Below, piece after piece: positions 1 through 7,940 of a stretch of DNA of 47,066 nucleotides (position 1 is the stretch's first letter; each line of letters begins with the position of its first letter). This stretch comes from Candidatus Bathyarchaeia archaeon (GTDB taxonomy: Bacteria; Patescibacteriota; Microgenomatia; PFEM01; JAFGMK01): NCBI GenBank assembly GCA_035529595.1, contig DATKWK010000035.1, positions 1 to 47,066 of the forward strand, written 5' to 3'. The position numbers and the translations under genes are program-made. Below the pieces are notes generated by a model. It was not told where the DNA came from, did no database searches, and worked only from the letters and a program-made list of their open reading frames with translations.

Positions 1-255
1 GGTAGAAAAATCGGTCTATTCACCACAAGGAAAACCAGGTGTATATTAGATTCATATTTTAGCGAGAAAACAGAAACATCGATAGGAACTATTTACTTCT
101 CTATACAAAAATTTTCGAACTCTGTCCACGGTTCGCAGCCAAAAACAAAAGGCCCAATAATTTGGGCTTTCGAACCTCAACTCCACCCAACTTCCAAACT
201 AAGAAAATATTACTAATAAACGAATTAAGATCTCCGAATTAATATGGGAGGTTAG

Positions 256-513
256 GGCCCGTCGAGTCCTAGCCCCGCAGCAATCCTTCGCCAAGGCTAC
301 GGGATTGCAATCAATGTCGCCTCAAGAAGACTGGATATTCCCAATGTCAGCCACGTTGCTAACTATGATTTACCAGAATCTTATGATGCATGTATCCACA
401 GAATTAACAGAACAGGAAGAGCTTACAAGAAAGGGGTTGTTCTTACTTTTATAGACCAAAATTCTGCGAAGGCGGATCAATATAAGAATTACCTATACCT
501 AGGCTTTAATATA
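256..513 (+). pseudogene. Relic of the C-terminal (RecA-like domain 2) part of a DEAD-box RNA helicase
   Basis: Frame-1 translation of 301-462 reads GIAINVASRRLDIPNVSHVANYDLPESYDACIHRINRTGRAYKKGVVLTFIDQN. This matches DEAD-box motifs V/VI (ARGLDIP.V..VINYDLP....Y.HRIGRTGRAG..G). The frame is closed upstream by TAA, TAA, TAA and TAG at 214-255. It has no ATG/GTG/TTG between 256 and 514. Frame 1 of 1-213 is also open and may be a more decayed upstream part. Confidence 0.55.
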
Positions 514-597
514 ATGTATAATTCAGGGTACAGGCCACATAAAAATATTCCTTCTCCCTTAGGGTTTATTTTGTGCTTTATTAGTAAAAACTTTTTT

Positions 598-1770
598 ATG
601 GATCAAATCACCACATTTGACGTTTTGATTGTCTACTCTGAAAGACTTGCCACCAGTGCCAATTCTCTATTCGAAGACGTTACTGCACCATTTGCCAAAG
701 GGTCTGGTAACGAAAATTACAACCTAGTTTATAGTTACTTTTTGAAAACCTGCCGAAAAAACAATTTAAAAGCAGCTTTTACAACATCTGCTGATATTGT
801 GGGTGCAGGAAAATGTCAAGGTTATTGGCTTTTCGAAAATGAAACTTGGACAAAGATCCGAAAAACAGGCTTTTCGAAAATGATTTTTGACAAATTCTCT
901 CCTACAAGTAAAAGGGTAAAGGTGAGTCGTAATTTGCTTTTTTCTTCAAAAATAGTCAGAGCATTTAATAATCCACACCTTTTTAATCTTTGTTTTGATA
1001 AACAAAAAACTTACAATAAACTCCACAAATTCTCTATTCCTACAGTAACCATTGATGACCGTACCAGAAAAAGAGTTGATAAGGCGTTAAAGATACTAAA
1101 GGAAAAAATGGTTAGACATCAACATAAAGACGATTTTTCCGAGGAACTCATAATGAAAGACAGATTTGGAGCTGGCGGGATAAATGTCTACAAGTTTAAA
1201 GCCAGTCAGTCCAATATGATGATTATGTCGATGAAAAAGCATAAAAAGATATCATTTATTATTCAACCATTTATAAAATTTAATAAAGGTTTCAGTTACA
1301 AAAACTCTTTAGTTTCAACCGATATCAGGTTGATACACCTCGGAAATAAGATTATTCAAGCATATATAAGAATGGCTAAGAAAGGGGACTTTAGATGCAA
1401 CGAGCACAAAGGCGGATTGCTAAAATATATACCCAAAAATGAAGTGCCTTCAAAAGTGGTGGCGGTTTCTAGAAATATCGCTAAGATTTTGAATAAAAAA
1501 TCTTCTCTATTTACTCTTGACTTCATTATTAGTAATAACGGCAATATCTATCTTCTAGAAGCGAATACCGGACCAGGGTTGGATTGGAATTTATCAATCA
1601 AGGAAAACGAAATCGAAGCCAAGAAACTAATGAGAATAATTATAAAAGAAATAGTTAGACGGATTAGCTCGTCAAAAAATACTTCTGAAAGAAAAGCTGT
1701 AGTAGCTACGGTAAATACTTCTATGATTAGCGAGTACCCAGTATCACCAAATATATTAACAAAAATATAA
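598..1770 (+). CDS. ATP-grasp fold ligase (RimK / YheC-YheD-like), substrate unknown
   Basis: This is ORF 514-1770. The C-terminal half has ATP-grasp hallmarks: KDRFGAGGINVYKF, FIIQPFI, DIRLIHLG, RCNEHKGG and IYLLEANTGPGLDW. I moved the start to ATG 598 (MDQITTFDVLIVYS). The 514-597 stretch is in frame with the helicase relic, and a perfect TATAAT lies at 517-522 inside it. The start remains uncertain. Confidence 0.6.
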   Translation: MDQITTFDVLIVYSERLATSANSLFEDVTAPFAKGSGNENYNLVYSYFLKTCRKNNLKAAFTTSADIVGAGKCQGYWLFENETWTKIRKTGFSKMIFDKFSPTSKRVKVSRNLLFSSKIVRAFNNPHLFNLCFDKQKTYNKLHKFSIPTVTIDDRTRKRVDKALKILKEKMVRHQHKDDFSEELIMKDRFGAGGINVYKFKASQSNMMIMSMKKHKKISFIIQPFIKFNKGFSYKNSLVSTDIRLIHLGNKIIQAYIRMAKKGDFRCNEHKGGLLKYIPKNEVPSKVVAVSRNIAKILNKKSSLFTLDFIISNNGNIYLLEANTGPGLDWNLSIKENEIEAKKLMRIIIKEIVRRISSSKNTSERKAVVATVNTSMISEYPVSPNILTKI

Positions 1771-1877
1771 ACTACTTAATTTTTTGTTAGTAGCTTAACA
1801 CGTTTCCTTAAAAAATCTAAGTTCGCTGGATCAAAAAGTCCCAAAATAAGCCTTAGTGCACACCGAGCTCTTAGAAA

Positions 1878-3020
1878 ATGTCAGCTTTCAAGAGTATAAT
1901 CAACACAATGCTTTCATTGATTAAAAACCCAAAATTTATGTTAATTTCCCTGGTACCGTGGAATGAAAAAAGACAAAAGACGCAGGATAATCTTGATGAA
2001 GCAAAATCTTTAGTGACCACATTCGGTGGACGCGTGAGTGTGGTTATTGCCCAAAACGCGGCTCGTGCCGATAAATCTACCTATATTGGTAAAGGCAAAG
2101 CGCATGAATTGGCGAATGTCGTTGCGGATAAGAGCATTGATGTTGCGGTTATAAATGACAACCTCAAATCAAGTCAACTCTATACCTTAAAAAGTATTTT
2201 TGAAAAACTAAAACCGGAGATTTTTGTCTGGGATAGAACTGACCTTATTTTGCAGATATTTGAGAAAAATGCCTCAACCGCTGAGGCAAAACTTCAGATC
2301 AAACTTGCCAATACCCGCCATAAAGGTCCTGAATTGTACGGGATGGGGCTTACTATGTCGCAACAAGGAGGTGGTATTGGTACCCGTGGCGTCGGTGAAA
2401 CAAACTCAGAAATTATGAGGCGTCATTGGCGAAGTGAAATTAATAGCATTGAGAAACAGCTTAAAAAATTGACTGCGAGCCGGCAACGGCAAATGGAGAA
2501 TCGTCGTGAAACTAGCATACCGACGATTTCAATTATTGGCTATACCAATTCAGGAAAAACCACTTTGTTTAATTTAATGAGTAAAAAACACAACCTAACG
2601 AAAGACTCCCTTTTTGCCACTTTAGATAGCAGTGTCGGTAAATTTTATTTGCCTAAGGTTGGCCGGGTGGTGTATATCACCGATACGATTGGTTTTATCC
2701 AAAATTTACCGGCGGAGACGGTTAACGCCTTTAAATCTACTCTTATGGAGACTTTGAACGCTAATCTTTTATTACATATTATTGATATTTACGATCACTT
2801 AATGTTGAATAAAATTGCGGTTGTTGAGGAGGTGCTTTCTAGCTTAGGAATCGATACAAAGAAGCAGCTGTATGTTTTCAATAAAATTGATCGTCCAAAT
2901 CTTGTAACTAAAAGCGAATTGACTCAGCGTTTCGCCTCCTTTAAGCCGCAATTTATTAGTGCAAAAAGTGGGGAGGGTTACCCGCAATTAGTAGACGCGA
3001 TTCAAAAGGAATTATTCTGA
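1878..3020 (+). CDS. hflX: Ribosome-associated GTPase HflX
   Basis: The HflX N-domain motifs are present (YIGKGKAHEL, DRTDLILQIFEKNASTAEAKLQIKLA, GGGIGTRGVGETNSE). The G domain follows (G1 GYTNSGKTTLFN, DTIGF, NKID). Confidence 0.9.
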   Translation: MSAFKSIINTMLSLIKNPKFMLISLVPWNEKRQKTQDNLDEAKSLVTTFGGRVSVVIAQNAARADKSTYIGKGKAHELANVVADKSIDVAVINDNLKSSQLYTLKSIFEKLKPEIFVWDRTDLILQIFEKNASTAEAKLQIKLANTRHKGPELYGMGLTMSQQGGGIGTRGVGETNSEIMRRHWRSEINSIEKQLKKLTASRQRQMENRRETSIPTISIIGYTNSGKTTLFNLMSKKHNLTKDSLFATLDSSVGKFYLPKVGRVVYITDTIGFIQNLPAETVNAFKSTLMETLNANLLLHIIDIYDHLMLNKIAVVEEVLSSLGIDTKKQLYVFNKIDRPNLVTKSELTQRFASFKPQFISAKSGEGYPQLVDAIQKELF

Positions 3021-3192
3021 ATTTACCTGCAAACGATCGTTAGAAATGAAGTTTGCAAATTATGCCTATAATGATAAGAAGGTCCTATACGGATACGTTC
3101 AATACATATCAATCCCGAAAAACAAAAACTGTATATAAATAATACTTCATTTTATCTTTATTAAAGATCTCAGCTAATATTCAGAAAATAAT

Positions 3193-3201
3193 TGTTACAA
3201 T
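3193..3201 (+). promoter_or_regulatory. Extended -10 element TGtTACAAT, 9 nt upstream of ATG 3211
   Basis: The sequence attgttacaat ttttttgct ATG has no Shine-Dalgarno motif between the box and the start. Confidence 0.4.
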
Positions 3202-3210
3202 TTTTTTGCT

Positions 3211-4272
3211 ATGAACAAGCGAGTACTTATTGTGTCAATTACTGCCTTATGTATTGTCGTTGGGATTGTTGTATATAAACGTTTTTCAGTAAATACCGAC
3301 TTCTCCCAAACCAATACTATTTCAAGTCAAGCAAATTACGGTGGACCAATCAATGAACCTAATCCCCTCTCTATCGAATACATGCGCAAGCAGGAGTATC
3401 CCGGAAGCGATATAACTATCGAACAAACTCTTCCAGATGGTTTTAACTACAATCGGTATATTGTTTCGTATAAATCAGACGGGTTAAAAATTTATGCATT
3501 ATTGACAGTGCCGCAAGGTGAAAAGCCTGAAACAGGCTGGCCGGTTATTATTTTTAACCACGGTTACATTGCGCCTGAACAATACCGAACCACAGAAAAA
3601 TATATTGCCTATACCGATGCCTTCTCCAGAAATGGCTACATCCTCTTTAAGTCTGATTATCGGGGGCACGGCAATTCGGAAGGTCAGCCTGATTATCCCG
3701 AATATTCATCTTCTTATACAATTGACATTCTTAACGCCATTTCTTCAATTAAGAAATACAAAGAGACAGATCCAAACAGAATCGGCATGTGGGGCCATTC
3801 AATGGGCGGGACGATTGCACTTCGGTCATTGGTAGTTTCCAAAGATATTAAGGCGGCGGATATTTGGGCCGGGGTGGTTGGGACATATCAAGATCTTGCA
3901 GAAAATCATCACGGAAGATATACCAGTAGGCCTCATCCATCACCCTTACCCGGAGAACCCACAAGACGACCTAACGGAAGAACGTTGCTAACTGAACAAT
4001 ACGGAGACTTTAACACCAATCCCCAGTTTTGGCAGTCAATTGACCCGATGACCTACATCAAAGATATTGCCGCCCCAGTTCAAATCCAGCATGGCACTAG
4101 CGATGAAGAAGTGCCGTATGTGTTAAGTCAAAAGTTAGATACGGCTCTAAAAAATGCCAATAAGACGGTTGAATTTTATTCTTATGAAGGAGATAACCAT
4201 AATCTGTCAAACAACCTAGGTGTCGCCTTGCAAAGGTCGGTTGATTTTTTTGATAAGTATCTGAAAAACTAG
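3211..4272 (+). CDS. Membrane-anchored alpha/beta hydrolase, S9 prolyl-oligopeptidase / dipeptidyl-peptidase-like
   Basis: The N-terminal TM segment is VLIVSITALCIVVGIVVY. The nucleophile elbow is GMWGHSMGG. The C-terminal region has HGTSDEEVP and GDNHNL, consistent with the Asp and His of a Ser-Asp-His triad. Confidence 0.75.
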   Translation: MNKRVLIVSITALCIVVGIVVYKRFSVNTDFSQTNTISSQANYGGPINEPNPLSIEYMRKQEYPGSDITIEQTLPDGFNYNRYIVSYKSDGLKIYALLTVPQGEKPETGWPVIIFNHGYIAPEQYRTTEKYIAYTDAFSRNGYILFKSDYRGHGNSEGQPDYPEYSSSYTIDILNAISSIKKYKETDPNRIGMWGHSMGGTIALRSLVVSKDIKAADIWAGVVGTYQDLAENHHGRYTSRPHPSPLPGEPTRRPNGRTLLTEQYGDFNTNPQFWQSIDPMTYIKDIAAPVQIQHGTSDEEVPYVLSQKLDTALKNANKTVEFYSYEGDNHNLSNNLGVALQRSVDFFDKYLKN

Positions 4273-4284
4273 GGATTTTTGGGT

Positions 4285-5373
4285 TTACTGTAAAGACTGA
4301 AGTAATAGTTGGGCAGATTTTAGATTTTTATTGTAAAAAACCGCTTTTTCAAATTCCCTTTTAGCATCTTTAATATTTCCCTGCTTTTTAAAAATCTCGC
4401 CCCGCATAATATACAATTCTGAAAAGGCTTTATTTTGGTAATTGAATATCTTATTGCTTAGGTCGAATACTTTCTGATAATCGCCCAATACAAAATATGC
4501 CTGTATCGGTTCAATCTGATACCATAGCGTTCTGAAAGGAAGCTTATTTTCAACTGTTTCATATTCCGAAACAGCGTTTTTAAAATCTCCGTTATGGTAT
4601 AGCGCAACCGATAAATTAAATCGGGCATATATATTATCGGGATTTGACTCCAATTCTTTTTGAGATTTATCTACTGCTTTTTTCCATGATGTATTTAGAT
4701 CAGCATCTTCACCCAAAATAATTCTCGCTATTTGTTCCTTATCCTGAGGTACAAGAACTAAATATTCATAATTAAACATTAGCCATAGGCTCCTAAATCG
4801 CGAATATGAATACCTCAAATTGTGACCCTGCATTGAATCATCCTGTATGAATTCTGCGGTTGTATCGTCGTATCCTTTAACGACTCTGTAGTGTCCAATA
4901 TCATCATTTTCCGTAAGACGGGTTCTGGTTGTGACAGGAATATCATAAGCAATAAATTGCTTAATGAGTTCAATAGTACCGTTTGGACGGTGGAATGGGA
5001 CAAGGTTGTATTCTGTAGCTTTTTCTGCCAGTTCATCCAGAGTAACTGATTTATCATCATTATTTCCAAAAGGATTTTGATATGGTCTTAAGTCTTGCCC
5101 CAGTTCCTGCTGGCTTTTGTTGATTCCATAATACGAAAGGGCCATTGATAAAGCCGCAGGACCACAATTATTGAATGTTTGAAACACATGGTAGTTGTTT
5201 TCAATAATCTTAATCGTGGGAAGTGGCTGTAAAGTAGGAGTTGGCGTAGGAATATTAATAACAGTAGTGTTAATTGGAAAGACATTAGAAACAGGTGGTT
5301 TATTTCCATATCGGCTAAAAAACAGGATAATAGTTAAAACGATTATTGATGAAATAAGAGAACGCCTTACCAT
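4285..5373 (-). CDS. Membrane-anchored C39-like cysteine peptidase domain fused to TPR repeats
   Basis: The protein has an N-terminal TM segment. The FNNCGPAALSMALSYYG motif carries the C39-like catalytic Cys, and HYRVVKGYDD supplies the His. The C-terminal ~130 aa form TPR-like repeats (ARFNLSVALYHNGDFKNAVSEYE, MRGEIFKKQGNIKDAKREFEKAV). Confidence 0.7.
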   Translation of the reverse strand: MVRRSLISSIIVLTIILFFSRYGNKPPVSNVFPINTTVINIPTPTPTLQPLPTIKIIENNYHVFQTFNNCGPAALSMALSYYGINKSQQELGQDLRPYQNPFGNNDDKSVTLDELAEKATEYNLVPFHRPNGTIELIKQFIAYDIPVTTRTRLTENDDIGHYRVVKGYDDTTAEFIQDDSMQGHNLRYSYSRFRSLWLMFNYEYLVLVPQDKEQIARIILGEDADLNTSWKKAVDKSQKELESNPDNIYARFNLSVALYHNGDFKNAVSEYETVENKLPFRTLWYQIEPIQAYFVLGDYQKVFDLSNKIFNYQNKAFSELYIMRGEIFKKQGNIKDAKREFEKAVFYNKNLKSAQLLLQSLQ

Positions 5374-5379
5374 AGTGGT

Positions 5380-5388
5380 ATCTTATCA
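5380..5388 (-). promoter_or_regulatory. Extended -10 element TGaTAAGAT, 6 nt upstream of the C39-TPR start codon (5373)
   Basis: The reverse complement of 5374-5388 is tgaTAAGATaccact, followed directly by ATG. There is no SD. Confidence 0.4.
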
Positions 5389-5403
5389 AAATCATCTGCG
5401 TTC

Positions 5404-5412
5404 TGATAAAAT
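5404..5412 (+). promoter_or_regulatory. Extended -10 element TGaTAAAAT, 7 nt upstream of mltG ATG 5420
   Basis: The sequence is ctgataaaat agatcaa ATG. There is no SD. Confidence 0.45.
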
Positions 5413-5419
5413 AGATCAA

Positions 5420-6421
5420 ATGAAATTAATTAACGGCTTTAGGATTGCACCAATTTTATTAATAGGATTACTTTTAGTTACCACTACCGGTTGCTTGCTT
5501 ACTTATTTTATGTTATTTAGTGCTCCGCAACCTCAATCCAAAAAGGAAGAGGTTTTTACAGTGGCAGCAAAAACTACAGAAACAGGAATAATCGATAAAC
5601 TGAAAAATCAGGGATTTATTCGAAATGCTTGGGCATTTAACTTGGCGTTAGCCATTAAGGACAAACACAACAAAATCGAGCCGGGAGGATATTATCTTTC
5701 AAAAAACTTAAATGTTTGGCAGGTCGCAGATAAACTTACAAGCTCACCCGGTATGAAATGGGTTGTTATTCCGGAGGGGCTAAGGAAAGAAGAAATCGGT
5801 GAAATTCTAGCTAAAACTTTTAACTGGAGCAATGATGATTTAGACAAATGGAATAATACCTACACCGCCATGAAGTTTGATTATCTCGAGGGAGTTTATT
5901 TTCCCGATACTTATCTTATTCCTGCTAAAGAAAATGGATTGGATATCGCAAATCGCATGATTAACCGTTTCAATGAAAAATTTGCTTCTTATCTTGACCA
6001 GTTTGTAAAACAAAATATCATTTGGACAACCGGGTTAAGACTTGCTTCTGTAATTCAAAGAGAGGCAGCAGGGAAAGAAGATATGCCACTTATTGCCGGA
6101 ATCCTTTGGAATAGACTATCAAAAGAAATGAAATTAGAAGTGGATGCTACGGTTCAATACGCCAGAGGTAAAACCGATAAGGGCTGGTGGACACCTATTA
6201 AGCCCGAGAATATAACGGAGATTGATTCTCCTTATAACACCTATAAATATAAGGGTTTGCCTCCACATCCAATTGCTAATCCGGGAATTGATGCTATTGA
6301 AGCCGTTTTAAACCCGACGGAAACAAATTGTCTATATTACCTGCATGATAGCCATAGACAAATTCATTGTTCCAAGACTTACGAAGAACATAAAGCTAAT
6401 ATTGAGAAGTATTTAAAATAA
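5420..6421 (+). CDS. mltG: Endolytic murein transglycosylase MltG (YceG-like)
   Basis: The protein has an N-terminal TM segment (IAPILLIGLLLVTTTGCLLTYF). YceG motifs follow (IPEGLRKEEI, EGVYFPDTY, LASVIQREA, LEVDATVQYA, YNTYKYKGLPPHPIANPG). The ORF-track start at 5195 overlaps the opposite-strand gene, so I used ATG 5420 (MKLINGF). Confidence 0.85.
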   Translation: MKLINGFRIAPILLIGLLLVTTTGCLLTYFMLFSAPQPQSKKEEVFTVAAKTTETGIIDKLKNQGFIRNAWAFNLALAIKDKHNKIEPGGYYLSKNLNVWQVADKLTSSPGMKWVVIPEGLRKEEIGEILAKTFNWSNDDLDKWNNTYTAMKFDYLEGVYFPDTYLIPAKENGLDIANRMINRFNEKFASYLDQFVKQNIIWTTGLRLASVIQREAAGKEDMPLIAGILWNRLSKEMKLEVDATVQYARGKTDKGWWTPIKPENITEIDSPYNTYKYKGLPPHPIANPGIDAIEAVLNPTETNCLYYLHDSHRQIHCSKTYEEHKANIEKYLK

Positions 6422-6540
6422 ACAATAAGGCACATTGGTTATTTTCAAGGTAAAAGAGCCAAAAAACGAATTATACCGAGATGTGGAATCACGCAAAGTC
6501 GTATAGAACATGGAATGAATGTATTAATAAAATCGAAAAA

Positions 6541-6987
6541 ATGACTACAGCCTACGATCTTTTCGGAAATAAATACCAACGCCAACTAAAAAACTTCAAA
6601 TTTAGGGTAAGCGTCTACGGCATTTTGAGTAAGGGGGATAAAGTTTTGATGCAACGGCATCCCTTGCTTAAAAAATACGGGCTCCCTGGCGGCGGTATCG
6701 ATTTAGGCGAATCAATTTCTTCCGCCTTGTTAAGAGAATTTAAAGAAGAAACAGGCTTAATAATAAAGTTAAGAAAACTACTCGACGTCACGGAGGATTT
6801 TTTTACTTACGAGGATGAAGACTTTCATTCCATTCTGATTTTCTACGAGGTAGAGAAAGCCGGTGGTAAATTAATAACTATGGGAAACCAGGAAGATACC
6901 GCTGAGGTTAAATACATTAAGCTAACTAAACTTAGCCGGAATAACACGCAAAGAGTTTTTTGGAAAACTATTGCAAAATTATTTTAA
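6541..6987 (+). CDS. NUDIX hydrolase
   Basis: The Nudix box is GLPGGGIDLGESISSALLREFKEETGL. I preferred the start at ATG 6541 (MTTAYDLF) because TAAAAT (6528-6533) lies 7 nt upstream. ATG 6481 is the alternative. Confidence 0.75.
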   Translation: MTTAYDLFGNKYQRQLKNFKFRVSVYGILSKGDKVLMQRHPLLKKYGLPGGGIDLGESISSALLREFKEETGLIIKLRKLLDVTEDFFTYEDEDFHSILIFYEVEKAGGKLITMGNQEDTAEVKYIKLTKLSRNNTQRVFWKTIAKLF

Positions 6988-7035
6988 ACTGTTGTCTCTT
7001 CTTATGGGAAGGAACAATTAGCCGGAAACTTTATA

Positions 7036-7860
7036 ATGAAAACCAGAAATCATTACAGTCAGGTTCCTAATGCCGGTATTTTAAGAAAGATACTGAAAAA
7101 GGAACAGGGACGGCCAATACCGGAAGTAAAACAAAATCTTCACTTTGTCGATTTTAAATTGCTTGAGTTGTGGCTGAAAGCGGTAAATATCAAAGACGAT
7201 TTTTTAAAGCAAGCAGATTGGCAAGTTATGTTAGACCAGGGTAGAAAGCTCCAGCCTGAAGTTATCAAAGAAACATTCAAACTGGTCTCTAAAAATGATT
7301 TTTATCTTCTGAAGATACTGAAAAATATTGAAAAATATCTTGGCAGACAAGATGAAAAAGAAAAAGTTGATATCATTTTCGTCTTTGGCAGTAAAGATAT
7401 GGGGAGAATAACAAAAGCCGTTTCTTTATGGCAGCAGGATTTAGCTGGTAAGATCTTAATCACCGGTGGAGCCAGATTCGATGAAAGAGAAACAAAACAA
7501 CCTGAAGCAATCATCTTTAAAAAAGAAGCTTTAAAACTTGGTGTTCCGGAAAAGGATCTTATTATAGAACCAAAGTCGATTACCATTGCCGACAATGTTC
7601 GTTCCGGCTTGAATCTTCTTGATAAAAGGAAAATCAAATATAAATCAATCATGACGATGGTTGCCTGGTTTGCTCAAAGAAGAGCTTGGTCGCATCTGAT
7701 AAAATATGTTCCAGAAAAGACAGTAATAGTGAGGGTCAATTCTGATATGAAAAATGAACTACTGATGCCGGGCCAGTGGTATCAAAACGAGATTGGCTTA
7801 AATGTTGTTTTTAGTGAATTTTTAAAAATGAAGATGGGAGTGATACTGGATACAAATTAG
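7036..7860 (+). CDS. DUF218 (YdcF/ElyC-like) domain protein with a ~110-aa N-terminal extension
   Basis: The DUF218 core motifs are IIFVFGSKDMG, ILITGG and IIEPKSITIADNV. Confidence 0.6.
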   Translation: MKTRNHYSQVPNAGILRKILKKEQGRPIPEVKQNLHFVDFKLLELWLKAVNIKDDFLKQADWQVMLDQGRKLQPEVIKETFKLVSKNDFYLLKILKNIEKYLGRQDEKEKVDIIFVFGSKDMGRITKAVSLWQQDLAGKILITGGARFDERETKQPEAIIFKKEALKLGVPEKDLIIEPKSITIADNVRSGLNLLDKRKIKYKSIMTMVAWFAQRRAWSHLIKYVPEKTVIVRVNSDMKNELLMPGQWYQNEIGLNVVFSEFLKMKMGVILDTN

Positions 7861-7867
7861 CCACTGC

Positions 7868-7896
7868 TTGTTTATTCACCTCAAAGAAAGTATAAT
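7868..7896 (+). promoter_or_regulatory. Candidate sigma70-type promoter for typA (TTGTTT-17-TATAAT)
   Basis: TTGTTT lies at 7868-7873 and TATAAT at 7891-7896, giving a ~44-nt leader to ATG 7941. Confidence 0.4.
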
Positions 7897-7940
7897 TTAT
7901 TCTTAATGTTCCCTCGCGAGCATTTTTTTATTTTTAATTT

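Noticed and set aside
141-170. 9-bp hairpin (AAGGCCCAA taat TTGGGCTTT) followed on the minus strand by TTTTGTTTTT, which looks like a minus-strand terminator
   Set aside because: There is no minus-strand ORF or recognisable RNA gene to its right for it to terminate. It lies inside the helicase relic. It may be chance or a remnant, so I did not annotate it as a feature.
514-597. ATG 514 as the start of the ATP-grasp gene
   Set aside because: The 28 residues it adds (MYNSGYRPHKNIPSPLGFILCFISKNFF) continue the frame of the helicase relic. A perfect TATAAT at 517-522 would place the transcription start downstream of 514. I kept ATG 598, but the choice remains uncertain.
3028-3057. Inverted repeat TGCAAAC-N16-GTTTGCA after hflX, a possible terminator
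   Set aside because: It has a large 16-nt loop and no downstream T-tract, so the evidence for an intrinsic terminator is weak.
5195-5419. N-terminal 75-aa extension of the mltG ORF
   Set aside because: It overlaps the C39-TPR gene on the opposite strand by 179 nt. The sequence is low-complexity translation of antisense DNA. ATG 5420 is preceded by a promoter-like element and begins a proper signal-anchor.
7913-7920. CTCGCGAG palindrome followed by a T-rich run in the typA leader
   Set aside because: At 8 bp with no loop it is too short to form a meaningful hairpin. It is most likely chance.
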